From Myxococcales bacterium (GTDB taxonomy: Bacteria > Myxococcota_A > UBA9042 > JABWCM01 > BTVJ01), in NCBI GenBank assembly GCA_045863395.1, contig BTVJ01000042.1, forward strand, positions 1 to 64,000: a stretch of DNA of 64,000 nucleotides, in the 5' to 3' direction. Position numbers and translations under genes: made by a program. Below are positions 36,552 through 47,829 of the stretch, piece after piece; within the stretch, counting starts at the first letter, position 1, and each line of letters opens with the position of its first letter. A model generated the notes under the pieces. It saw only the letters and a list, made by a program, of their open reading frames with translations, was not told the origin of the DNA and ran no database searches.

Positions 36552-38898
36552 GGAGCGCCGCAAGGTCCGGGAAGAGTTCGTCGAAGCGCTCCTCGAGGGA
36601 TGCACGTGCAGCCTGGCTGAAGCCGAGCCCGGCGGTACAGAGGTTCTTCGCGGCCTTGGCCTGTGCGGCGCCAAGGCCCTGGAGCTGCGGGAGCACGAAC
36701 ATCTCCAGGGCCTCCGCCACCCCGTCGGCCTCCGCGCCCCGCCGCCGCAGGTAGCGCAGGACGTCGAGGGCCACCGCCGGCCCGATGGCGCGCAGGGACA
36801 GCAGCCCCTCCTGGGAGTGCGAGAAGAGGCGATGCATGGTGGCGAGGTGCGCGTCGGCCAGTGGCGGCAGAAGATCGCCTGCGACGGCCGCAGTGCTCAG
36901 GATGCGTGCGTAGATGGCGTCGCCGGGCAGCCCGACGGTGATCAGGGCGAAGCGCCGCTGGAGAGCGTAGCTCAGACGAAACAAGGAGGCCTTGTCCCAG
37001 ACGTTCATTGTCGCAAGCACGCGGAAGCTCGGCAGCACCCGAAATGTGTGGCCCTCCTCGGTTCCGATTGTCACGGGGCGCCCGTCCCGGAGCTCGTAGT
37101 GCGTGTCCGTCCCCTGGCCTGCGAGGACCGTCATCAGCTCGCCGAAGGCCCGGTCCACGTCCGCGCGGTTGATCTCGTCGATGAGGAGCCACCTCTGCTC
37201 CTGCAGCGCCCGGAGGAACGCGCCCGGGCGGAACTCGATGGTCTGGTCCTTCCGCATGGCGTAGCCGCCGATGACGTCGAAGGTCGTCCAGTCTGCCGAC
37301 GCTGTGGCCGTGAACAGCTCCTGGCAGTACCCCTCCGCGGTGGCGGCGCGCGCCAGGGCGAGGGCCAGCTCGGTCTTGCCGGTCCCAGGCGGGCCGACGA
37401 ACAGGACGTGCTTGCCCGCGCTGACCGCGGCCGCGAGCTGCTCCAGGAGGCGCGGCTCCACCTGAAGCGTGCCCAGGTGGCTCGCGATGGTCCGGGCATC
37501 GAGGACGAGGTGCTCCCCGGTGCGTGCAGAGGCAGCCGCAGCCTCTGCGGCGTCCGGGGTCTGGTCCGCGTCGTCCCCGAGCCCCGCGACGCTGGGGTCT
37601 CGCTCGGATGCCCTGGCCGTCGCAAGTGCCTGCCGGATGAGGTCGCGCGCGGTGGCGGCCTCGGTCGAGTAGCGCGTAAGCGCCGCCCGGCCCTCGTCGG
37701 TGGTCGTGTCGCCGCGTGGGGTTCGCTCCGTGAGCCCAAGGGACAGGAGCCAGTTACGTCGGAACATGACCTGGTTGTCCGACTCCCATTCCACTTCGAG
37801 GACGGCGCAGATCACCGGACGGATGCGCGGCATCGGGAGCTCCGGCGCCACCTCGGCCAGGACCAGGAACTCGATCATGCCCATGAACAGGGAGTGGAGT
37901 CTGCCGAAGAGGGCGGCTGGAGGCTGACCCAGCCACAGGCGCCCATCGTCCGTGACGCTGGCCGCGCCCTCCGTCACCTCGACGAAGCCGATCTGCCGCA
38001 GGAGCCTCATGTACCCGGCCAGCGCGGCCTTGCCCGTCACCTGGTAGCGCTCCCGGATGTGGCGCTCCAGCTCGGTGACAGGGATGGAGCCCTGCCCCTC
38101 GATATACTCCAACAGGGCCCGCAGCGTGTCGGCGTAGGACCGCACACCTCCGGGCAGCGGCCAGACGCTCTGGAACTTCCGGTTCGGCGGCGCAATGGGC
38201 GCGAGACCGCCCCCACTCTGCACGTCTGCCCCCACGAACGGCACCTCCACGAAGGGCGTCCCCGTGAACCCCGCGCGGTCCCGGCGCTCGAACCACGCGT
38301 GTTTGATCGCACCGATGAGCAGGAGGCGCGCGAACACCTCCCGAGCGTCCGGGTTCAGCTCCCCGTCCGGCAGGGCAATCGAGCACAGGTGCGCTTGAGC
38401 TGGGGTGATCAGAGGGACTCCAGCGTCCTTGATGAATGCCCGGATCGCGGCGCTCTGCGCGGTGAAGCTCGCGGGGTCCTCGCCGGGGATCGGCTTGGGC
38501 AGGGAGACGCTCGCCCGGATCGGGACCGTCGAGCCGTCGCTTGCCTCGGCCAGCGCGGAGGGGAGGGTGACCCAGACGACCTCGCGGTTGGTCGCCGCGA
38601 TCTTGACTCGGAGCGCAACCGCATGCCGCCACTCGTCGCTGCCCTTCCATATGTCGCACTCAGCGATGAGCCGCGCCGCGCCGCCCTCCCAGGAGACGTC
38701 CACGGCGACCGGGGTCGGCCACGGCCGGTCCACGTCCGGGTCGAGCCCGTTCAGGGCGCCGGGCCAGCTTGGTGCCGCCAGAGGCGTGCACCGGAACGAC
38801 AGGGTCTTTCCGGCTACCTCGCCCGTGAAGTCGTGCGCCGCATCGAGGATTCTCCTCGCCGCTCGGAGCGCGATCTGGTTGGCGTCGGGACGGGCCAC
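36544..38898 (-). CDS. McrB-like AAA+ GTPase with long N-terminal DNA-binding region
   Basis: GPPGTGKT, LLIDEINRAD, TMNVWD (McrB NxxD) and ALQRRF. GTG 38898 follows a ggagg RBS; the track ORF start 39684 overlaps another gene. Confidence 0.85.
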   Translation of the reverse strand: MARPDANQIALRAARRILDAAHDFTGEVAGKTLSFRCTPLAAPSWPGALNGLDPDVDRPWPTPVAVDVSWEGGAARLIAECDIWKGSDEWRHAVALRVKIAATNREVVWVTLPSALAEASDGSTVPIRASVSLPKPIPGEDPASFTAQSAAIRAFIKDAGVPLITPAQAHLCSIALPDGELNPDAREVFARLLLIGAIKHAWFERRDRAGFTGTPFVEVPFVGADVQSGGGLAPIAPPNRKFQSVWPLPGGVRSYADTLRALLEYIEGQGSIPVTELERHIRERYQVTGKAALAGYMRLLRQIGFVEVTEGAASVTDDGRLWLGQPPAALFGRLHSLFMGMIEFLVLAEVAPELPMPRIRPVICAVLEVEWESDNQVMFRRNWLLSLGLTERTPRGDTTTDEGRAALTRYSTEAATARDLIRQALATARASERDPSVAGLGDDADQTPDAAEAAAASARTGEHLVLDARTIASHLGTLQVEPRLLEQLAAAVSAGKHVLFVGPPGTGKTELALALARAATAEGYCQELFTATASADWTTFDVIGGYAMRKDQTIEFRPGAFLRALQEQRWLLIDEINRADVDRAFGELMTVLAGQGTDTHYELRDGRPVTIGTEEGHTFRVLPSFRVLATMNVWDKASLFRLSYALQRRFALITVGLPGDAIYARILSTAAVAGDLLPPLADAHLATMHRLFSHSQEGLLSLRAIGPAVALDVLRYLRRRGAEADGVAEALEMFVLPQLQGLGAAQAKAAKNLCTAGLGFSQAARASLEERFDELFPDLAALHD

Positions 38899-38969
38899 GT
38901 GCAACCTCCAGCCGAAGACGATGGGAAGGACAAGCGGGCCGGAGCGACACCATGCCCGAGCGTCGGACC

Positions 38970-40265
38970 CTACAGCGTGAACACCAGGTAGTTCAGCACG
39001 ACGAGCATCTGGTCCGTGGCCTGCGCGTCGTTGTGGAAGCTGGTCACCACGACGCGGCCTGCGCCGGGCTTCGGGACGAAGCTCGCGACCAGCGGCAGGG
39101 TCTTGCCGAACTGCTCCACCCAGGCGTCCACGTGGACGGTCGTGGTCTGCGGCTGAGGGTCGGGGGAGAGGGCGACGAGGGGGCCCAGGTCGTACTTGAC
39201 GGCGATCCAGAAGGTCCCGAGGTAGCTCGCCAGGGCCTCGTCCTGCACGTGGCCGGGGACGCCCTGGTTTCCCGCCATCTGGATGGGCCCGCCCGACTCG
39301 TACATGCTCCCCTTGGTGTCGTCTCCCATGAAGTCGATGGCGTCGGGCCAGCCCGCCTCCGCGTAGACGAACGCGAAGTCGCTCACGTAGAGGGACCCGC
39401 CGCCCTCTACCCAGCTCCGCAGGTTCCAGACCACCGCCGGGTTCGACGAGACCAGGTCGTCGTGGGCGGCGCCGCAGTTGATCAGGAGCAGGTCGTAGGT
39501 CGCCAGCAGGGACGGGTTGGTCAGGAGGCCGATGGCCTGGCCGCCGCTCCAGTCGTCCCCCGACCAGCCGCCGCCGTAGAGCTCGTAGGTGTCGTGCTGG
39601 AGGCCAAGCTGGTCCAGCAGGTGGCCGATCTCGTCCCAGTCGCCCGTGATCACGGCGATCTTGGCCGCCGTCGCCTTGAAGCACTGCTTGTGGCCGGCGG
39701 CGGTCACGTCGGCCTGACCGCCGACGGGCACGGGCACCTTGAAGCTGTGGCTGAACGAGCCCTTCTGCACCTGGACCGTCTGGTAGCCGCAGGGCACCCC
39801 GCTCAACTCATACTGGCCCTTGGAGTCGCTGATCACCTCGATGTGCACGGGCTGGCCGTCGCAGCCTGTCGCGTCCACCCAGACCAGCGCGCCGTTGACG
39901 AAGACCTGCTCGTTTGGGGCGCAGACCAGGCCGACGATGGACCCGGTCCCGCACCCGCCACCGCAGGAGTTCGTTGGGTCCGGGTTGATCGCGACGTCGG
40001 GGGCGCCCGCATCGGGCGCGGCGCCGGTGTCGGGGTCCGCGACGCTGCCCGCGTCATCGCCAGCGTCCATGGACGCCGCGTCGGCAGGTGAGCCGGAGTC
40101 CGCGGTGGTGTCTGCCACGGTCGGGGTGTCCGTCCCACCGCCTGTGTCGGCTACGGCGGCGTCCTGACTCCCGATGGCGTCTCCACCGGCGTCCGAACAC
40201 CCGGCCGCCAGCGCGCACGCCAACACGGCCACCCCCAGCCGAGCGCCCCAGGTCTCGCCGCCCAT
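38970..40265 (-). CDS. Lipoprotein with low-complexity DAG linker, carboxypeptidase-regulatory-like beta domain and alpha/beta domain
   Basis: Lipobox LAAGC; GSIVGLVCAP...SDSKGQYELSGVPCG; IAVITGDWD...LLLINCG. Confidence 0.65.
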   Translation of the reverse strand: MGGETWGARLGVAVLACALAAGCSDAGGDAIGSQDAAVADTGGGTDTPTVADTTADSGSPADAASMDAGDDAGSVADPDTGAAPDAGAPDVAINPDPTNSCGGGCGTGSIVGLVCAPNEQVFVNGALVWVDATGCDGQPVHIEVISDSKGQYELSGVPCGYQTVQVQKGSFSHSFKVPVPVGGQADVTAAGHKQCFKATAAKIAVITGDWDEIGHLLDQLGLQHDTYELYGGGWSGDDWSGGQAIGLLTNPSLLATYDLLLINCGAAHDDLVSSNPAVVWNLRSWVEGGGSLYVSDFAFVYAEAGWPDAIDFMGDDTKGSMYESGGPIQMAGNQGVPGHVQDEALASYLGTFWIAVKYDLGPLVALSPDPQPQTTTVHVDAWVEQFGKTLPLVASFVPKPGAGRVVVTSFHNDAQATDQMLVVLNYLVFTL

Positions 40266-40284
40266 GGGCACCTCCTCGCGCGCG

Positions 40285-41604
40285 CTACGCCAGCTCGTCC
40301 AGGCACTCCCCGAAGATCCGCAAGCCCTCGTCCACGTCGTGCTCGCTGAGCACCAGCGGGGGGGCGACGCGGATCACCGACTTTCCGCAGCCGAGGAGGA
40401 GCAGCCCCCGCGTGAACGCGAGCTGCTCCAGGGCGTGGGCGAGGTCGCCGTCGGGCTCCTTGGTCGCCGGGTCCTTGACGAGCTCCACCCCGATCATGAG
40501 CCCACGCCCCCGCACGTCGCCGATGCGGGGGTGTCTGCCCTGAAGCTGCCGCAGCCCTGCCATCAGGCGCTCCCCCATGTGCGCCGCGTTGGCCATCAGG
40601 CCCTCGTCGAGCAGGTCCAGCGTCGCCAGCGCCGCCGCGCAGCCCAGCGGGTTGCCGCCGAAGGTGGTGCCGTGGGAGCCCCGAGGCCAGGTCATGACGG
40701 GCTCCCGGGCGATGATCGCGCCGATGGGCAGCCCGGAGCCGAGCCCCTTCGCCGTCAGTAGGATGTCCGGCGCCACCCCGTCGTGCTCGCACGCCCAGAG
40801 TCTGCCCGTGCGCCCCATCCCGCTCTGGATCTCGTCGAAGATCAGCAGGATGCCGTGTCGGTCGCAGATCTCCCGCCACCGCCGCAGGAAGTCCGCGCTC
40901 GGCAGCACGTAGCCGCCCTCGCCCTGGATGGGCTCCATGATGACGGCGGCCACGTCGGCCGGGTCCACCAGCGCTCCGAAGAGGTCGTCGACCCGCGACC
41001 AGTCCATGGGCTTGCGGTAGGGGTTGTCGAAGGGCAGGTGGACCACCGACGGCAGCAAGGGCGAGAAGCCGGCCCGGTACTTCACCTTGCTCGCCGACAG
41101 GGACATGGCGGCGTAGGAGCGCCCGTGGAAGGCGCCCTCGAAGGCGATGACGTAGGGGCGCTTCGTGTGGTAGCGGGCGAGCTTGACAGCCCCCTCCACC
41201 GCCTCGGTGCCCGAGTTGGTCAGGAAGACGCGCTTGCCGTCCGGTCCGGGCATGGAACGTCCGAGCCGCTCGCAGAGCGCCGCCATACCCTCGTAGTAGA
41301 AGTCCGTGCCACAGACGTGCAGGAAGCGCCCTGCCTGCTGCTGCACGGCCTCCACGACCTTTGGGTGGTTGTAGCCGGTGGTCGAGACAGCAATGCCGGC
41401 CATCCAGTCGATGTACCGGTTGCCGTCCACGTCCTCCACCATGGCGCCCCGCCCGGACGCGATGACGAGCGGGTACTCCTTGATGTAGGACGTCGACGTC
41501 CACTCCTTGTCTCGCGCGATGACCGCACGGGCCTTCGGCCCCGGTGGAGGCGTCACGATCCGCGGGTAGGTGTCCTTGGTGTCGATGGTCTTGGTCACGT
41601 TCAC
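40285..41604 (-). CDS. Class III PLP aminotransferase (4-aminobutyrate/ornithine aminotransferase family)
   Basis: DVDGNRYID, NSGTEAVE, FHGRS, EPIQGEGG, DEIQSGMGRTG, AKGLGSG and HGTTFGGNP; GTGA overlap with the upstream stop. Confidence 0.92.
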   Translation of the reverse strand: MNVTKTIDTKDTYPRIVTPPPGPKARAVIARDKEWTSTSYIKEYPLVIASGRGAMVEDVDGNRYIDWMAGIAVSTTGYNHPKVVEAVQQQAGRFLHVCGTDFYYEGMAALCERLGRSMPGPDGKRVFLTNSGTEAVEGAVKLARYHTKRPYVIAFEGAFHGRSYAAMSLSASKVKYRAGFSPLLPSVVHLPFDNPYRKPMDWSRVDDLFGALVDPADVAAVIMEPIQGEGGYVLPSADFLRRWREICDRHGILLIFDEIQSGMGRTGRLWACEHDGVAPDILLTAKGLGSGLPIGAIIAREPVMTWPRGSHGTTFGGNPLGCAAALATLDLLDEGLMANAAHMGERLMAGLRQLQGRHPRIGDVRGRGLMIGVELVKDPATKEPDGDLAHALEQLAFTRGLLLLGCGKSVIRVAPPLVLSEHDVDEGLRIFGECLDELA

Positions 41605-43172
41605 TCCATGATGGTGCGGCTCTGCTCGCGCATGAACTGCTGGACGTACCAGGGGCCGCAGCCGCCCTTGCCCGTCGTGCCGCTGCCCTTCCAGCCGCAG
41701 AAGGCCTGGACGCCGGGCCACGCGCCCGTCGTCGCGCCCGACCGCCGGTTGGCGTAGCACACGCCGGCCTCCACCTCGTCGAAGAAGCGGTCGATCTCTT
41801 CCCGGTGTGCCGAGAAGATGCCCGCCGTCAGGCCGTACTCGACCTTGTTGGCCTCGCGGATGGCCTCGTCCAGGCCCGACACGACGCCCACCGACAGGAT
41901 GGGCACGAACAGCTCCCGGAAGAACAGCTCGTGGGACAGGGGCAGCCGGACGATGGTCGGCTCCACGAAGTGACCTCGGTCGAAGGGCGGCTCCATCATG
42001 CGATTGCCACCGAGCAGCACCTCGCCGCCGTCCCGGGCGCTGGCCACCCCGTCGACGAAGGTGCGCACCGCCTTGCCGTTGATCACGGGGCCGAAATAGA
42101 CATCCGCCCGGGTGGGGTCGCCCACCACGATGGCGCGGGAGCGCTCGACGAGCTTCGCGATGAAGGCGTCCGCCACGGTCCGGTCCACGTAGACCCGGGA
42201 GCACGCGGAGCACTTCTGGCCCTGGAGGCCGAAGGCGCTCTTCATGACGCCCTCGGCCGCCATGTCCAGATCCGCCGAGGCCGTCACGATGGCCGGGTTC
42301 TTGCCGCCGAGCTCCATCAGGGTCGGCTTGATCCAGTCCGTGCTGAACTCCCGCACGATGCGCAGGCCCACCTCCTTCGAGCCCGTGAACACCACCCCGT
42401 CCACCTCCGGGTGCTGCCACAGCGCGTCGCCCATGCTGGCGCCGGTGCCCGAGAGGTAGTTGAAGGCGCCGTCCGGGACCCCGCCCTCCGCGTAGCACTC
42501 CCGCAGGAGCATGCCCGTCCAGGGCGTGTCGCGGGCGGGCTTGTAGACCACGGTGTTGCCGCTCATCAGCGCTGCCGACGACATGCCCGTCGACAGCGCC
42601 ATGGGGAAGTTGTAGGGGGCGATGCACGCGAACACGCCGTAGGGGCGCAGCACGGAGCGGGTGTTCTCGTTGGGGGAGAGCTTGCCGAGCGGGCGGACGA
42701 AGCCGTCGGCGTCCTCCACCTGCTGGCAGTAGTAGTCGATGAGATCCGCCGATTCCTCGGCGTCTCCCATGGACTCCATGCGGCTCTTGCCCACCTCCAG
42801 GCTCATGACTGCCCCGATCTCCCACTTTCGCCGCCGGATGGCCTCCGCCGACCGGCGCAGCACCGCCACGCGCTCCTGCCACGGCCGTGCCGCCCACCCC
42901 CTCTGGGCGCGTCTGGCGGCCGTGACCGCCAGGTCCACGTGGTCGGCGGACGCGCTGGCGAAGGTGCCGAGGACCACCGACGTGTCGATGGGCGACGTAT
43001 CGACCAAGGGCTCGGTGTCGGGCGTGACGGGCTTGCCGTCGATCCACAGGTCGTGGTTCGTGCCCAGGGACGCCCGGACCCTCGCAAGCCCCTCGTCGAA
43101 GAGGCGGTGGAGCTCCGTCATGTCGATGGAGGCGGATGTGTAGGTGACCTTGAACTGGGACGCGGTGCTCAT
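41601..43172 (-). CDS. Aldehyde dehydrogenase, 1-pyrroline-5-carboxylate dehydrogenase-like
   Basis: APYNFP, FTGSKEVG, ELGGKN, QGQKCSACSR, ELFVP and YGLTAG. Confidence 0.88.
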   Translation of the reverse strand: MSTASQFKVTYTSASIDMTELHRLFDEGLARVRASLGTNHDLWIDGKPVTPDTEPLVDTSPIDTSVVLGTFASASADHVDLAVTAARRAQRGWAARPWQERVAVLRRSAEAIRRRKWEIGAVMSLEVGKSRMESMGDAEESADLIDYYCQQVEDADGFVRPLGKLSPNENTRSVLRPYGVFACIAPYNFPMALSTGMSSAALMSGNTVVYKPARDTPWTGMLLRECYAEGGVPDGAFNYLSGTGASMGDALWQHPEVDGVVFTGSKEVGLRIVREFSTDWIKPTLMELGGKNPAIVTASADLDMAAEGVMKSAFGLQGQKCSACSRVYVDRTVADAFIAKLVERSRAIVVGDPTRADVYFGPVINGKAVRTFVDGVASARDGGEVLLGGNRMMEPPFDRGHFVEPTIVRLPLSHELFFRELFVPILSVGVVSGLDEAIREANKVEYGLTAGIFSAHREEIDRFFDEVEAGVCYANRRSGATTGAWPGVQAFCGWKGSGTTGKGGCGPWYVQQFMREQSRTIME

Positions 43173-43483
43173 GGGGCCTCTCCTTCCCTCGGAGCGGGTG
43201 CCGGGGGCGTCGGTGCGCGTGGGCCGTCGCGGGCCGAGCTGGCCCGCCCTGCGCGTCGCCACTCTACTTCGGGCCGAAAGTGGCTGCAATCGGGACGCAC
43301 GCGGTGCAGTTGCCGCGGTGACGTGGCTCTCCCTCGGGGCTCCCCGCGCACGTCGCCCGCCACCCGCGTCGCGCCTCCCTCCCGAAAGGGGACCCGCGGA
43401 GTGGGCGATTGACCTCCGCGTGGCGCTCCGAAGGGTTCCCCGCTCCGGTCTCGCTGCGGTACGATGAGCACCATGAGGACGCC

Positions 43484-45595
43484 GTGACCGACTCCGCGCT
43501 CCTGACACTGACCACGGCTGCCGCTGCGGGCGTGGGGCTCGTGGTGCTCGCCCAGCGCCTCGCCGTCCCCTCCGCGGCGCTGGGACTTCTCGCCGGCGTC
43601 GCGCTGGGGCCGGAGGCGCTCGGGTGGGTGCAGCCGGTGGCCCTCGGTGCGGGCTTCCAGGCGCTCCTCGGGCTGGCTGTCGCAGCGATCCTCTTCGAGG
43701 GTGCGCTGACGCTGGACCCGGGCTCCATCCGCCACGCGCCGGACGTGCTGGGTCGCTTGGTGTCTGCGGGGTTCCTGATCCCGTTCGTCGGCGTGGCGGT
43801 TGCGCTGTGGTTCGTCCTGGACCTCCCCCTCCCCGTGGCGCTCCTCGGCGCTGGCCTGACCACGGCAGGTGGGCCGACCCTGGTGGCCCCACTCGTGCGC
43901 CGCATCGGCGTCCCAGACCGCGTCCACCACGCCCTGACCTGGGAGTCGGCGCTCGTCGACGCCTTGGCGGTGCTCGTCGTGGCTGCGTGCGCCCTGTGGC
44001 TGGCGTCCGATCCCCTGATCGGCCTCCTCGGGGTCGCTGCCGGCGGTTCTGCTGCGCTGCTCCTCGCCATGGCGCTTCGGGCTGGAGTTGTACCTCGGGA
44101 TCTCGCTGGCATCGCTGCGCTCTCCGTCGCGCTTCTCCTGTACGCCGTGTGCGACGCCTCGGGAGCCCCCGGCCTGCCCGCCGTCATCGCGGCGGGCCTG
44201 ACCCTCGGCGCCGCGTGGCCGGCACGTCTGCCTCGCCCGCGCCTGCATGCGCTGGCCGAGCCCGCGGCGTGCGCCCTCCTCGTGGTCCTCGTCGCGCGCC
44301 TGGATGCTCCCCGCTTCGTCGCGCCGGGGTGGGACCTGCCCTTGCTCCTCCTCGTCGCGCTGGTGCTCCGCCCGCTCAGCGCCCTCGCCTCCACCGCTGG
44401 GCGGCACTTTCGCCCGGGTGAGCGCGCGTTTCTCGCGTGGGTGGCGCCGCGGGGCCTCCTCACGGCCTCCCTCGCGACCTGGTTCGTCCTCGACCTGGCC
44501 ACTCCGGCGACCCGCGCCCTCGAGACCTTCGCCTATGCCCTGGTCGGGGTCACCGTCCTGCAGGCGACGACGGCGCCGTGGCTCGCGCGCCTCCTGGGTG
44601 TAGAGAAGCCGCCCCGGTCCGCGTGGCTGTTCGCAGGGGACGCCGCCGTCGGGGTGGCCCTCGGGCGGGCCCTTGGGCGCGCGGGGGTGGACACCCTGGT
44701 GGTGGACCCGGCGGCATCCGACGGCGCACCGGACCCCCACCTGAGGCTGATCCAGGGGGACCCCGCGTCGCGGGAGCTCGTCAGGGACCCGCGCCTCACG
44801 CACGTCTCGGCGGTGCTGGCCGTCTCGGCGGACCCCGCCGCCTCCCGCGCCATCTGCTCCACGTGGGGCGACCTGGTCGGGCAGTGCTACCGCCTCGCGC
44901 GCGACGAGGAGCCCGGTGGGGCTCCCGCCGTCTGGCGAGACCTGCAAGACGTCGAAGAGCTGTCGACCGCGTCCGACCTGGATCTGCTGGTGGTGGACGA
45001 CGTGGGCCCCGAGGACCGGGGGCGCTTCCACGGCGGCTTCGCGCCGCTGTTCACCATCAAGGGCCACCGGGCGGCCCTCATCCCGTCGCCCACCACCCAC
45101 ACCCCCGCCCCTGGCGACACGGTGGTGGTGCTGCGGCGCCGCGTGCCAGGCCTCCAGGGCCTGTTCCAGGACGCGATCGTCGTGGACGAGCCCGGCTCGG
45201 ACCTCTACCGCGTCGTCCGGCAGCTCCTGGAGGCCGCCGGCGAGGAGGACCCCGAGCTGCCCATCGAGGACGTCCTCGCCGGGATCCTGGAGCGGGAGCG
45301 GAGCATGTCCACCGCCATGGGGCTCGGCGTGATGATCCCCCACACGTACCACCCGGGGGTGGATCGAGCGCGTTGCCTCGTCGCCAATGTCACCGCCGGC
45401 CTCCGCGCCGACCCTCCGGCGGACGAGCCCATCCGGCTGGTGTTCCTCGTCCTGTCGCCCTACGGCCAGGCGGAGCCCCACCTGCAGGCCCTCGCCGCCA
45501 TCGCCCGGTTGGTGATCGATCCCGACTTTCGCGCCCTGCTCGGCCGCCAGCGGGACCCGAGGCGGCTGCTCGCCCTGATCCGCGAGCGGGAGTGA
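43484..45595 (+). CDS. Cation:proton antiporter fused to C-terminal PTS EIIA-like domain
   Basis: About 11-12 TM helices with GPEALG, ILFEG, GPT and APRG motifs; C-terminal ILERERSMSTAMGLGVMIPH (EIIA Ntr/Fru signature). Confidence 0.8.
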   Translation: MTDSALLTLTTAAAAGVGLVVLAQRLAVPSAALGLLAGVALGPEALGWVQPVALGAGFQALLGLAVAAILFEGALTLDPGSIRHAPDVLGRLVSAGFLIPFVGVAVALWFVLDLPLPVALLGAGLTTAGGPTLVAPLVRRIGVPDRVHHALTWESALVDALAVLVVAACALWLASDPLIGLLGVAAGGSAALLLAMALRAGVVPRDLAGIAALSVALLLYAVCDASGAPGLPAVIAAGLTLGAAWPARLPRPRLHALAEPAACALLVVLVARLDAPRFVAPGWDLPLLLLVALVLRPLSALASTAGRHFRPGERAFLAWVAPRGLLTASLATWFVLDLATPATRALETFAYALVGVTVLQATTAPWLARLLGVEKPPRSAWLFAGDAAVGVALGRALGRAGVDTLVVDPAASDGAPDPHLRLIQGDPASRELVRDPRLTHVSAVLAVSADPAASRAICSTWGDLVGQCYRLARDEEPGGAPAVWRDLQDVEELSTASDLDLLVVDDVGPEDRGRFHGGFAPLFTIKGHRAALIPSPTTHTPAPGDTVVVLRRRVPGLQGLFQDAIVVDEPGSDLYRVVRQLLEAAGEEDPELPIEDVLAGILERERSMSTAMGLGVMIPHTYHPGVDRARCLVANVTAGLRADPPADEPIRLVFLVLSPYGQAEPHLQALAAIARLVIDPDFRALLGRQRDPRRLLALIRERE

Positions 45596-45673
45596 CTCCT
45601 GGCGCATGGTGCCGGAGTGTGGAATCCTCGCGCCCGGGCGGCTCCCGGAGGGGAGGCAACAGCGGAGGCAGCG

Positions 45674-47707
<2,034 letters not shown>

Positions 47708-47829
47708 ACTTCGGATCGTGGTGTGCGAAAACTTGCCGTCTTGCTTCGCGCCCGTGTCCCGCTGTCCCACTCCACTCTCCCGGCGCGTGCGATCCGATGG
47801 AAGCAACCGTACCGCTTGGGAGACGTGCC

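Noticed and set aside
38899..39684. N-terminal extension of the McrB-like ORF in the track
   Set aside because: Overlaps the lipoprotein gene in another frame; a GTG with a ggagg RBS at 38898 is a better start.
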